In this document: positions 26,250 to 39,585 of the stretch, in pieces
Position numbering within the stretch: position 1 is the first letter of the stretch
Layout of the letters: every line of letters begins with the position of its first letter
Source of the DNA: Prorocentrum cordatum
Taxonomy: Eukaryota
DNA: 64,000 nt
NCBI GenBank assembly: GCA_963575745.1
Contig: CAUYUJ010000002.1
Coordinates: 806,001 to 870,000 of the forward strand
Direction: 5' to 3'
Position numbers and translations under genes: made by a program
The notes under the pieces: generated by a model
The model's database searches: none
What the model was told of the DNA's origin: nothing
Seen by the model: the letters and a program-made list of their open reading frames with translations, nothing else

Positions 26250-26540
26250 CACCGCGCTCCCCTTCTCAACGGAAAGGCTCACATCCGCGAAACCGTCATC
26301 ATTTTTCAGCCCCCGCGAGAGGCTTCTTAGAGGCCCCTAGAGGCTCCAGGAGGGCCCATGGCGGCCTCGGGAGTGCCAAGGAGACCTCCAGAAGGCCCCA
26401 GGAGGACCCACTCTGCACCGCGCCCCCCTTCTCAACGGAAAGGCTCCCATGCGCGAAATTGTTTTCATCATTCCGCCCCCGCGAGAGAGTTCTTAGAGGG
26501 CCCACGGAGGCTCCAGAAGGGCCCATGGCGGCCCCGGGAG
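26250..26540. repeat. Two-copy direct repeat (~166-bp period)
   Basis: CCCCTTCTCAACGGAAAGGCTC...CCCCGCGAGAG...TTCTTAGAGG...GGGCCCATGGCGGCC occurs at ~26259 and ~26425. Confidence 0.75.
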
Positions 26541-27079
26541 AGCCCACGAGATCTCAAGAGCCCCCCCGAGGACCCATTTTGAATTACACTCAGTCCGTCC
26601 TGCTTCAAATCCTTCCTCCCCCTCTTCCTCCTCCTTCTCCTCCTCTTTCTCCTATTCCTCCGCCTCCTCCTCTTCCTCTTCCTCCTCCTACCTCATCCGT
26701 AGCCTCGATGGCTCCGATAGCGCCGTGCGCGAGATCCGCCTCCTCCCCATCCGTCCTCCTCCCTCCTCCTTCCCTTCTCCCTCCTCCCTCCTCCCTCCTT
26801 CCCTCTCTCGGGAGCGTCACAAAGAGGCCCTCCGAGGATAATTTCACGACAACAAGGGCGCCGACCCGATGAACAGACACCACGTCGGGGCTCTGGGAAC
26901 GGAGTCGAAGACGAAACCTCGAACAACTTAGTCTTCGATGTTCGGGGCATTTATCTGACCACCTGCGAGCCTTGTGGAAACTTCCGAGATCATCAGGGGT
27001 GGACGTCTGGCGCAAGAACACGAGTGGAGGAGGAGACAACACGACTGTTGGTTTCTACCCCCGTGAGGGGCGCTACAGG

Positions 27080-27084
27080 GTAGC

Positions 27085-27148
<64 letters not shown>

Positions 27149-27289
27149 TCAGTAACAGTAACAGTAACAGTAACAGTAGTAACAGTAGTAACAGTAGTAA
27201 CAGTAGTGACAGTAGTAGTATTCGTAGTAGTCGTAGTCGTAGTCGTAGTAGTACTAGTAGTAGCAGTGGTAGAAATAGCAGTAGCGGCC

Positions 27290-27360
<71 letters not shown>

Positions 27361-27501
27361 TGTAGTAGTAGTAGGAGTAGGAGTAGTTGTAATAGTAGTG
27401 TTTGTAGTAGTCGTAGTCGTAGTCGTGCTCGCGCTCGTAGTCGTAGTCGTATTGGTGGTAGTAGTACTACTAGTGGTGGTAGTAGTAGTAGTAGCAGTAG
27501 C

Positions 27502-27577
<76 letters not shown>

Positions 27578-28059
27578 ATAGTCGTTGGAGTAGTAGTAGT
27601 GGACGTAGTAGCCGTAGTAGTAGAAGTAGTCGTAGCAGTAGTAACAGCAGTAGCAATAATAATAGGAGTAGCAGTGGTAGTGATAGTAGTAGTAGTCGTA
27701 GTAATGGTGGTGGTAGTAAGCGTTGTTGTACTATCTGTAGTAGTAAGCATAGTGGCAGCCGTAGTTAAAGTTGTAGTAGTAGTAGCAGTAGGAGCAGTAG
27801 TAGCAGTTGTTGCTGTAGTAGTGGCCATCGTCGTAGTAGTAGTAGAAGAATTGGCGTTGGTACTAGTAGTAGCGGTGGTAGTAGTAGTAGTAGTGGCAGC
27901 GGTAGTAGTAGTAGTAGTAGTAGAAGAAGAAGACGTAGAAGTAGTAATGAAGACAGCCGTGGTAGTAGTAGTCGTAGTCGTAGTCGTAGCACTAGTCGTA
28001 GTCGTAGCAGTTGTTGTAGTAGTAGTGCTAGTAGTAGTAGTAGTACTAGTAGTAGTAGC

Positions 28060-28102
<43 letters not shown>

Positions 28103-28310
28103 CGAGTCGTGGTAGTAGTAGTAGTAGTAGTAGTAGTAGCAGCAGTAGTGGTAGTAGCAGCAGTAGCAGTAGCAGTAGTGGTAGTGGTAGCGGTAGTAGT
28201 CGTCGTAATACAAGCAGAAGTCGCAGTAGAAGCAGCAGTCGTTGCAGCAGATGTAGCCGCAGTCGCACTAGAAGTGTCAGTAGCGTTAGAACGAGCAGAA
28301 GCTGTAGTAC

Positions 28311-28350
<40 letters not shown>

Positions 28351-28538
28351 CGTCGTCGTTGTCGTGGCCATAGTCGTAGACGTAGGCGTAGTCGCAGCCG
28401 TGGTCGCCGTAGCAGTAGTTGTAGTAGTAGTAGCAACAGTAGCAAACAGTAGCAGCAGTACTAGTAGTAGTTGAAGTGCCAGTAGTAGTAGTCGTAGTAG
28501 TTGCAGGAGTCGCCGTAGTCGTCGCAGTAGTAGTAGTG

Positions 28539-28611
<73 letters not shown>

Positions 28612-28712
28612 AAGTAGTAGCAGCAGCAGAAATAGTTGCAGCCGTAGTAGTAGTAGTACTAGTCGCCGCCGTTGTAGTAGTAGGTCGTAGTAGCAGTAGT
28701 GGTGTAGTAGCC

Positions 28713-28785
<73 letters not shown>

Positions 28786-29002
28786 TAGTAGTAGTAGTGG
28801 TAGTGGTGGTAGTAGTGGCAGCGGTAGTAGCAGTAGCAGTAGCAGTAGTGGTAGCAGCGATAGTGGTACCAGTCTGTGAAGTAGTGGCTGTAGAAGTCGC
28901 AGTACGACTACTATTTCTATTGCTACCACTACTTCTACTAGCACCACTAGTGCTAGGAGTAGCCGTAGCAGTTGTAGCAGTAGTGGTCTCCGTAGTAGTA
29001 GC

Positions 29003-29038
<36 letters not shown>

Positions 29039-29309
29039 GGTAGGCGTCAACAGTCATAGTTGTAGTAGACGTCGTAGCAGTAGTCGTAGCAGTGTAGTAG
29101 TAGTCGTAGCCGTAGCAGTTGTAGCAGTAGTAGTAATCGTAGTAGTAGGCGTCGCCGTCGCCGTCGTCGTCGTAGTAGTAGTAGTCGTCGCCGTCGTCGT
29201 AGTAGTAGTAACAGTTGTACTACTAGTAGTAGTCGTAGTCGTAGTCGTAGTCGCAGCCGTAGCCGTAGCCGCAGTCGCAGTCGTAGTCGCCGCAGTGGTA
29301 GTAGTAGTC

Positions 29310-29348
<39 letters not shown>

Positions 29349-29370
29349 ATAGTAGTAGTAGTAGTCGTAG

Positions 29371-29401
<31 letters not shown>

Positions 29402-29447
29402 CGCCGTTGCATCGTACCCGTAGCTTAGTAGTAAAAGTAAAAGTAGA

Positions 29448-29506
<59 letters not shown>

Positions 29507-29529
29507 ACGTAGCAGTAGTAGTAGTAGTA

Positions 29530-29572
<43 letters not shown>

Positions 29573-29593
29573 TCGTAGTCGTAGTAGGAGTAG

Positions 29594-29654
<61 letters not shown>

Positions 29655-29750
29655 CGTAGTCGTAGTCGTAGTCGTAGTCGTAGTCGTAGTCGTAGTCGTA
29701 GTCGTAGTCGTAGTCGTAGTCGTAGTGATTGTTGTAGTGGTAGTAGTAGT
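27080..29750. repeat. Very long degenerate (GTA)n microsatellite (~2.7 kb)
   Basis: GTA-based triplets throughout; source of the poly-V/T/L ORFs. Confidence 0.97.
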
Positions 29751-32700
29751 GAAAGGAATCAATGGAGGAACATGGGGGCGAGGAGGAGCAGGCGGACGGC
29801 GAGGAGGCGGTGGAGGAGCGGGAGGAGAAGGACGGAGAGGAGCAGGAGGAGGAAGAAAAGGGACAAGTTTTCATCCCCGCCGACAAAGTGCAGGGGTAGC
29901 AGCAAAACGAAAGACCGTTCCACGGCTATGTTCCCAGTCCTGATCGTATGCGGCGCCTCCCGTTTTGTGGGGCAGGCCTGCACGGCATTTGTGGCTGCGG
30001 AGCCTGGTCGAGCTACCGCCCGAACTGGTGCGCACCTCGCCCCTTCCTCCCCCCTCCTCTCCCCTCCCTCCTCCCTCGCGCCCCGCCCTTCCTCCCCCCC
30101 CGCCTCCTCCACCCACCCCTCGCCCTCCTCTCCCCTCCCCCTCCCCCCGCCTCCCTCCTCCAGGGAGGGGGCCACGCCACGGGCCGCGCCCAGGCACCCC
30201 TTCGGCGCCTCGCCCTTCCGCCCCGTGGCCGCCGGCTGAGCCGCCGCACGGGCGCGTTGCCGTCCCCCTCGGGTCGCCCGCCCACCGCGCGTCGATCGCT
30301 CGTCGGTCGCTCGTCCTCTCTCGCCCTCGCTCGTTGTCGCTCGCTAGTCGTTCGTCGACCGTCGCCCATTCGTCGGCCGCCGCCGCAGCTCGTCATCGTC
30401 GTCGTCGCCTTCGCCATCGTCTGCGTCTTTCTTCCTGCGGCGGTTGCGTTCTCCTCCTCGGTTCCGTGGGCGCTAGGCGCACCATGTCCCGCGGACGCTG
30501 GCGCGTCGCGCGCCAGCAGAGGGGGGATATGGCCCATTCAGCGCTCAAGAGGGGTTTGTCCCCCGATGCATCCTTTTCCTCTCGCCTCCTCCTTCTCCCC
30601 CTCCTCCTCCTCCTCCTCCTCCTCCTCCTCCTCCTCCTCCTCCTCGCCTCCTCCTCTTCCTCCCCCTCCTCCTCCTCCTTCTCCTCCTCCTCCTCGTCCT
30701 CCTCCTCCTCGCCTCCTCGCCTCCTCCTCGGCACAAGCTTTACCGGGCGCGCCTCACCCCGAGCTAGCGCGGACAAGTTCACCCAGCACCTAGTCGGAAG
30801 ACCGACCAGCAACACGTTCTACTGGCTGTGCTCCCCACTCTCCCTCCCCTGCCCCTTTCCCCAAACCCTTTCTCATTGAGGAGAAGAAGGAACATAACAG
30901 AAAACTTGCGCGCTCCGCGCGCCAGCGAGGGACTCCCGCGCGCACATCAAACAAATCCGCGCGGGCCGACCAAAGTTTTTGTTTATGCCGTGGTGCCTCC
31001 CTCCATGTCGTTCCCCATCCCCACCCTCTCTACCTCCTTCTTCTCCCCATCCCTACCTCCTCGGCGGGCCCCCCCAGACCCCCCGCGCAGCGGCCGACCC
31101 CTATGAAAACCGCGCGGCCCGCGCGGCCCGCACGCGCTCTTGCGGGAAGGGTGAGGGTAGGAGGTGACAGGGAGCAGGCGAGGGGGGGGACGGAAGGGGG
31201 GCGGGCGAGAGCAGGAGGAGGAGGAGGAGGAGGAGGAGGGGAGGAGGAGGAGGAGGAGGAGGAGGAGGAGGAGGAGGAGGAGGAGGAGGAGGAGGAGGAG
31301 GAGGAGGAGGAGGAGGAGGAGGAGGAGGAGGAGGAGGGAGGAGGGAGGAGGAGGAGGAGGAGGAGGAGGAGGGGAAGCAGAGGCAGTAGCAGCAGGTGGA
31401 CGAGGGGGGGTGAAGGGGGGAGAAAGAGGAGTTAAAGAGGATAGGAGAGGAGGAGGAGGAGGAGGAGGAGGAGGAGGAGGAGGAGGGGAAGAGATGGAGA
31501 GAGGACGACGACGAAGGTGGCAAGATGAGGGAGCATGTGGGGGAGAAGGAAATGGATAGTCGAAGTAGGAGGAGGGGCGATGTTTACGATGGTTTGTCTT
31601 GTTGTCTTTGGGTGCCACTAGGTGGGTCACCGATGGATCCGCCTCGAAGCCTGAGGATTCATTTGCGATACTGAGTTTTCCAGTGCCTCCAATTGCTCCC
31701 GAAGGTCCCCGAGCGTCTCTGGAGGATCCCGTGGGGAAGGGAGGGTGCATTCGACGGCGCGGGACCGTTCGATCATGCTTGTCGTGCCCGCATGCTTGAG
31801 CTGTTATCGGCTCACGGCACTTGCGAAAGTGTGTGTCCTTCGTACGATAGTGGTATGCCGTGTCATCAAAACCAAGTAAACGACGCAGAACGACGGAGTC
31901 ATTTGCGCGGACGTTCTCGCGTAAGTTGCCCGCGCAAGGTCGCGCGTCAGCGCCCTCGCTTCCAATGTGGGTGCCGCGCTGGCGGCCCGCGTAAGCCACC
32001 GTGAGGTCGCTGTGCCATCTCGCGTAAGACCCGCTTCTTTTCGTCGCCCCAGTGGAAAAGCAATGTTGTCACCAGGGCGAGCAGAGAGACTCCCTCATGC
32101 TCACCCTGTTTTGCCGAGCCTCTGATCATGCCTAGACAAATTCGGGCCCCATTGCCAGCAGGAACTGAAACCATCGATATTCGGATGATGGTTATGCAAT
32201 TTGCGACCGTGAGGGTGTGGCAGCACCGTATTGGTACCTTCGATGAGATTCGCTATATTTTTGGGGTCGGCAGCGAGAACGGTCGCTAATGCGTTGAAAT
32301 CGCTGGCGGGCCGCGCCAGGATGTTGGCACATTGAGAAAATGGAATAGAGGAAGGCGGCCGCAGTGCGCGCATGATGGGCCTGTTTCCCACCACCACCAC
32401 CACCACCACCACCACCACAAGTTGGAGGGGGAGGGGGTTGTCCTCCTCCTCCTCCTCCTCCTCCTCCTCCTCCTCCTCCTCCTCTCCTCATCCTCCTCCT
32501 CCTCCTCCTCCTCCTCCTCCTCCTCCTCCTCCTCCTCCTCCTCCTCCTCCTCCTCCTCCCCGTCGTCCTCCTCCCTCCCCCTCCAATTCATGGTGGTGGT
32601 GGAAAACAGGCCCATCAGCGCAGGCAGCCTCAGGCACCGGAAGCCGATACACGCACTGGCTCCGCACGGCGCAGGTTGCCGAGGGGAAGGCAGCGCTTGG

Positions 32701-33233
32701 GGCCATCGGAAGGCACGGCCGTCACCGGACGCGGCGGGCAGAAGGGCGTCGGGGGAGCCAGGCCCTGCGGAGGTCGGGGCAGATTGGCGAGCAAGGCGTG
32801 GCCAGGCTTCTGCGGTGGCCTCCTGAGTGCGGCGGCCGTGCCAAGTAGGGCGCAAGGCCAGGGTGCAGGCCTTGTCGAAGAGCAGCGCGGCGAAGCGACT
32901 GCCGGGCAGGCACGAGACCGGAGCTCAAAGTTTGCCGTCGAGTCGAGTTGGCAGCGCAGGCGGCCGCCATGGCGGCTGGAGGGAAGGAGGGGCGACAGGG
33001 AGGGGAGCGGAAGAAAGGAAGAAGAGGAGAGCGAGAGGGAGAGGGCGCACCTTGGTGCACAGCAGCGACGAGGGGGCTGCGGGAGGTCGAAGGTGGACCT
33101 CCGCAGCGGGCTCGGGCGGGCGGGACAGCCTGGGGGAGCATCCGGAAAGTATTTATTGGGTGCGGGAATTCGGGAATTGGCGAAAAGAGGGGGGGGACGG
33201 GGACGGGCACCCGCGACCGTCAGAGGCGGTTGG

Positions 33234-33278
<45 letters not shown>

Positions 33279-33481
33279 CACCCAACGGTTTGGGAACGTA
33301 TCAACAACGCTGTTAGGCAGCCGGACGAAGCTCCGCGGACCCAGATGGGGCTGGAGTAGTGGTTGATAATTTACCTGAATAGATGCTACAAAGCATGTGT
33401 GTGGAGGACGGCGCAGCCTTCGAATTCTGTATTGAAGTAGTCGATCTAATTGTCATGCTGTCTTTTTCAAACCAGACACGA

Positions 33482-36275
33482 GGCTAGGTCCGACCAGGAA
33501 AAAACTAAGCCCGACAACAGGGAAAACTAGAACCGACCAGGGGAAAAAACTAGGCCCGACCAGGGGAAAAACTAAACCCGACCAGGGGAAAACTAGACCC
33601 GACTAGAGGAAAACTAGATCCGACCGGGGAAAAACTAGGCCCGACCACAGGAAACATAGGCCCGACCAGCGGAAAACTAGATCCGACCAGGGAAAAACTA
33701 GACCCGCGCAGAGGAAAACTAGGTCCGACCAGGGAAAAACTAGGCCCGACCACAGGGAAAACTAGATCCGACCAGGGGAAAAACTAGACCCGACCAGGGG
33801 AACACTAGGCCCGACCAGAGGAAAACTAGGTCCGACCAGGGAAAAACGAGACCCGACCACAGGGAAAACTAGACCCGACCAGGGGAAAAACTAGACCCGA
33901 CCACGGGGAAACCAGACCCGACCACAGGGAAAACTAGACCCGAGCATGGGAAAACTAGGTCCGACCAGGGAAAAACTAGACCCGACCAGAGGAAAATTAG
34001 GTCCGGCCAGAGTAAAAAATTAAACCGCAGCAAAGGAAAACTAGATCCGACCAAGGAAAAACTAGGCCCGACCACAGGGAACACTAGACCCGACCAGGGC
34101 AAAACTATGCCCGACCACAGGGAAAACTAGACCCGAGCATGGGAAAACTAGATCCGACCAGAGGAAAACTAGGGCAGACCAGGGAAAAACTAAGCCCGAC
34201 CACGGGGAAAACTAGACCCGACCAAGGGAAAAACTAGACCCGACCAGGGGAAAAACTAGACCCGACCAGAGGAAAATTCGGTCCGACCATGTAAAAACTA
34301 GACCCGACCAGGGGAAAAAATAAGCCCGACCAGAGGAAAACTAGGTCCAACCAGGGAAAAACTAGGCCCGAGCAGAGGAAAACTATGTCCGACCAGGGAA
34401 AAACCAGGCCCAACCACAGGGACAAATAGGCCCGACCAGAGGAAAACTAGATCCGACCAGGGGAAAACTAGACCCGACCAGAGGAAAACTAGATCCGACC
34501 AGGGAAAAACAAGGCCCGACTACAGGGAAAACTAGGCCCGACCAGGGGAAAACCTAGGCCCGACCAGGAGAAAATTACACCCGACCAGAGGAAAACTAGG
34601 ACCGACCAAGGAAAAATTTGACCCGGCCACGGGAAAAATATACCCGACCAGAGGAAAGCTAGGTCCGACCAGGGAAAAACTAGACCCGACCAAAGGACAA
34701 CTAGGTCCGACCAGGGAAAAACTAAGCCCGACCACGGGGAAAACTAGACCCGACCAGGGGAAAAACGAAATCCGACCAGGGGAAAACTAGACCCGACCAG
34801 AGGAAAACTAGATCCGACCAGGGAAAAACCAGACCCGACAAGAGGAAAAATATACCCGACCAGAGGAAAACTAGGTCCGGCCAGGGAAAAACTAAACCCC
34901 AGCAGAGGAAAACTATATCTAGATCCGACCAGGGAAAAACTAGGCCCGACCACAGGGAAAACGAGGCCCAACCAGGGGAAAAAACTAGACCCGACCAGGG
35001 GAAACTAGACCCGACCGGAGGAAAACTAGGTCCGACCAGGGAAAAACTATACCCGACCAGGGGAAAAATAGACCCGCGCAGGGGAAAACTAGGTCCCGCC
35101 AGGGAAAAACGAGAGCCGAGCGGAGGAAAACTAGGTCCGACCAGGGAAAAACTAGGATCGACCACAGGGGAATTTAGGCCCGACCAGGGGAAAAACTAGG
35201 CCCGACCAGGGGAAAACTAGACCCGACCACAGGAAACTAGGTCCGACCAGAGAAAAACTAGACCCGACCAGGGGAAAAATATACCCGACTAGACCCGAGC
35301 ATGGGAAAACTAGGTCCGACCAGTGAAAAACTAGGCCCGACCACATGGAAAACTAGACCCGATCAAGGGAAAAACTAGACCCGACCAGGGGAAAAATATA
35401 CCCGACCTGAGGAAAACGAGGTCCGACCATGGAAAAGACCCGACCAGAGGAAAACTTGCTCCGAGCAGGGATAAACTAGACCCGACCACAGGAAAAACTA
35501 AACCCGACCAGGGGAAAAACTAGACCCGACCAGGGGAAAACTAGACCCGACCAGGGGAAAACCAGGTCCGACCAGGGAAAAACGAGACCCGACCACAGGG
35601 AAAACTAAACCCGACCAGGGGAAAAACTAGACCCGACCACAGGGGAAAACTAGGCCCAAGCAGAGGAAAACTAGGTCCGACCAGGGAAAAACTAGGCCCG
35701 ACCACAGGGAACACTAGACCCAGCCAGAGGAAAACTACGTCCGACCAGGGAAAAACTAGGCCCAAGCAGAGGACAACTGTGTCCGACCAGGGAAAAGCTA
35801 GGCCCGACCACAGGGAAAACTAGACCCGACCAGGGGAAAAACTAGTAACTAGACCCGACCAGGGGAATACTAGACCCGACCAGAGGAAAACTAGATCCGA
35901 CCAGGGATAAACTAGGCCCGACCACAGGGAAAACTAGACCCGACCAGGGGGAAACCTAGACCCGACCAGGGGAAAACTAGACCCGACCAGAGAAAAACTA
36001 GATCCGACCATGGAAAAACTAGGTCCGACCAGGGAAAAAATAGAGAGGAAATCTAGGTCCGACCAGTGAAAAACTAGGCCCGAGCAGAGGAAAACTGGAT
36101 CCGACCAGGGAGAAACTAGGCCCGACCAGAGGGAAAAATAGACCCGACCAGGGGAAAAAGTAGACCCAGATCCGACCATGGAAAAACTAGACCCGACCAG
36201 GGGAAAAAATTGACCCGACCAGAGGAAAACTAGATCCGACCAGGGAAAAACTAGACCCGAGCAGGGGAAAACTAG
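33482..36275. repeat. ~20-21-bp satellite array (CCGACCAGGGAAAAACTAGAC-like), >100 copies
   Basis: Continuous head-to-tail variants over ~2.8 kb. Confidence 0.97.
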
Positions 36276-36458
36276 TCGTCGTCATCACCACCATCGTAGT
36301 CGCCATCATGACCACCGACATCATGAGCGCAATCAGCGACACCATGACCACCGACATCATGACCATCGTCGTCATGACCACTGTCATCATGACCACCGAT
36401 ATCATGACCATCGTCATCATGACCACCGACACCAATGGTATCATCAGCACCACCGTCG

Positions 36459-36489
<31 letters not shown>

Positions 36490-37874
36490 TACCATTATCA
36501 CGCCAAGTTCGCATCAGATTAGCGCTGCGGGTCCTTAATATAATGTTCGGCCCCTTGGTGGACAAGTCTGCAAATTTATTGTGACTGTAATATAGAGCAT
36601 TCGCATAATCGCGCAAATCTTTAGCATCAAAACAACAAGGCCAGCCGCACCGACAGAACTGGTCACATAAAACACCATATGTATCGGAATAGCGCGACCT
36701 TGCAACCTCATGTAACCACCACGCGTACTACAGCCTGAAACCGACGACGGGGTAAATTTACGTTGGCCCCGCTGTTCATCCAACCAGCCACGCTGCTCAA
36801 AATATTAGCATGTACCCTACACAGGGGGAGAACATGAAATATTGCAGAGCTGGTGAAATTATCTTTTACATGTAAATATGTTTTACTATATATATATATA
36901 TATATAATAATAAATAAAAAATAAAAAAGACTCGCCAACGCACTTTCGTTTTTTCTTGGCAGGGATATATTGGAGCACCAGCAGCAGACATATGTTTCCA
37001 TTCTTCCTCGTGCTGAACTGGGCCGACTACGGCAAACATTGCCGCTCTGGAATATCAAAAAAACTGTTTGACGAATGTCCAAAGGTGCATTATATCCTCA
37101 AATATATTCCTAGGTTTGTTTTACAATATACATATATAACATATGTTCTGAATTCTGGAGACACCTGCTGCACAACGAACATGCAGTGGGACATCCGCTT
37201 AGAGAACGAAAAAAGCAGCCATGCGCCAAATGAGCGTGGGCTAAGAAATGAAAAATGATTTGCCAAATGCGTGCCGCAGCAGACAATTATATATGATGCG
37301 CCCAACGCATTTGCAAAGGCCGTGAATGCGGCAAATGCGCGTTGGGAGCACGTAAGGGCTGGGGAAAGGAACGACGACGAAAGGCAGGCGATTACACGCC
37401 AAGTACGTGCCCAAGTGGCTTGGACGCGCGAAATGCAAACGGCGAGAGGAAAGGGGAAGGAAGAAGATCAGAATAACAGCAACGGAAAGGAGGGGACAAA
37501 AATTCTGCGCAAAACGGGCGACGCCAACCTCCCGGGTACTTATACGCAAATTGAGTTTATACCAGTTAGCTACAAAATTGCAAATAGGATACGCAGAAGC
37601 ACGACAATGAACAAACAATGTGGTTCCGGTCCGGCAAGACAATGCTAATTTTTTGGTACGTCGAATAATCGGCGCGGCATACATATTTGCTTCGTCGTTT
37701 TGTTTCCCAACCCTCTTTGGTTGGATATTCGTTTTGACCAACCTATTGCGGTCTCCAGATATCCTCCCGCCTCTCGCCTCTCGCTTTCCTCATGTCTCCT
37801 CTTGTCTTGTGCGTACCTCGTGTGTGTGTGTGCATCCTGTCTGCGGTACCTCTTGTGCGTGCATCTTGCCAAAG

Positions 37875-39585
37875 GTGCTGCGATCTGTGACATTGTCGCC
37901 ACTTTCGAGGGTTGCTGGTGGGTTTTGCGGAGTGAGGCACCGCGGGGACTTGAGCGAGACCTCGCCGTCCCTGGGGGGCTGCGATCTGCGACATTGTCGC
38001 CACTTTCGAGGGCTGCTCGTGGGTCCACCAGACTGAGGCGCCGCGGTGACTTGAGCGAGATTTCGTCGTCCCTGGTGGGCTGCGATCTGCAAAATTGTTA
38101 CCACTTTCGAGGGTTGCTCGTGGGTCCAGCGGAATGAGGCACCGCGGGGACTTGAGCGATACCTCGCCGTCTTTGGGGGGCTGCGATCTGCGACATTGTC
38201 GCGATTTTCGAGGGCTGCTCGTGAGTCCAGCGGAGCGAGGCCCCGCGGGGACCTGACCGAGATCTCGCCCTTTTTGGGGGGGGGGGCTGGGATATGCGAC
38301 ACTGTCGCCAACTGTCGCAATTTTCGAGGGCTGCTGGTGGGTCCAACAGAGAAAACCACCACGGGGACTTGAGCAAGACCTCGCCGTCGTTGGGGGGGGT
38401 GCGATCTGCGACATTGTCGCCACTTTCAAGGGTTGCTGGTGGGTTTTGCGGAGTGACGCGCCGCGGGGACTTGAGCGAGATGTTGCCGTTTTGGGGGGTT
38501 TGCGATTTGCGATATTGTCGCAAGTTTCGAGTGTTGCTGGTGGGTCCAGGGGGCTGAGGCGCCGTGGGGACCTGAGCGAGACCTCGCCGTGTTTGGGGGG
38601 GCGCAGTATGTGACATTGTCGTCACTTTCGAGGCCTGTTGTTGGGTACAGCGGGGTGAGGCACCACGGGTACCTGAGCGAGACTTCGCCGCCTTTGGGGG
38701 GGAAGGTTGCGATTTGCGATATTGTCGCAATTTTCGAGGGCTGTTGGCGGGTCCAGTAGAGTGAGGCACCGCATGGATTTGAGCGAGACTTCGCCGTCCT
38801 TGGGCGGGCTGCGACATCGTCATCACTTCTGAGGGCCGCTGTTGGGTCCAGCGGAGCGATTCGCCGCGGGGACTTGGGCGAGATCTCGCCGTCCCTGGGA
38901 GGGGTTGCGATCTGCGACATTGTCGCCACTTTCGATTGTTGTTGGTGGGTCCAGCGGAGTGAGGCACCATAAGGACTTGAGCGAGATCTCGCCGTCCTTG
39001 GGAGGTGCTGTAATGTGCGACGTTGTCGCCATTTTTGAGAGTTGCTGGTGGGTTCTGCGGAGTGAGGCACCACGGAACTTGAGCGAGACTTCGCCGTCTT
39101 TGTGGGGTTGCGATTTGCGACATTGTCGCCACTTTCAAGGGCTGTTGGTGGTTCCTGTAGAGTGAGGCGCTGCGGAAACTTGAAACTTGAGCGAGACCTC
39201 GCTGTCCCTGGAGGGTGCGATTTACGACATTGTCGCCATTTCCGAAGGGGTATTGCAGCGGATTGGAGAAAAACGTGGTGGTGAGCAAAGCTTCGTCGTC
39301 CTTGAGGGATTGCGATTTGTGACATTGTCACTACGTTCGAGGGGTGTTGATGGGCCCAATGGGCTGAAGCGCCATGGGTACTTGAGCGAGATTTCGCCGT
39401 CCCTGGGGAGCTGCGATCTGCGATATTGTAGCCATTTTCGAGGGTTGCTCGTGCTGGACCCGCGGGGATTTGAGCAAGACGACGCCGTCTTTGCGGACTT
39501 TGCGATGTGTGACATTGTCGCCGCATTCGAGGGGCTGTTGGTGGATCCAGTGGACAGACACCGCGGGGATTTGAGCGAGACTTCA
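37875..39585. repeat. ~101-bp tandem repeat array (~17 copies)
   Basis: TGCGATCTG(C/T) recurs at 37879, 37980, 38081, 38182 and onward; the unit contains GACATTGTCGCCACTTTCGAGGG and GACTTGAGCGAGACCTCGCCGTC. Confidence 0.95.

Noticed and set aside
33482..36275. Satellite as a repeat-protein gene or telomere
   Set aside because: Unit length varies (frame not kept), there are frequent stops, and it is not a telomeric motif.
39428..39438. GTAGCCATTTT match to the dinoflagellate spliced leader
   Set aside because: It is a point variant of the satellite unit (GTCGCCACTTT); the rest of the leader is absent.
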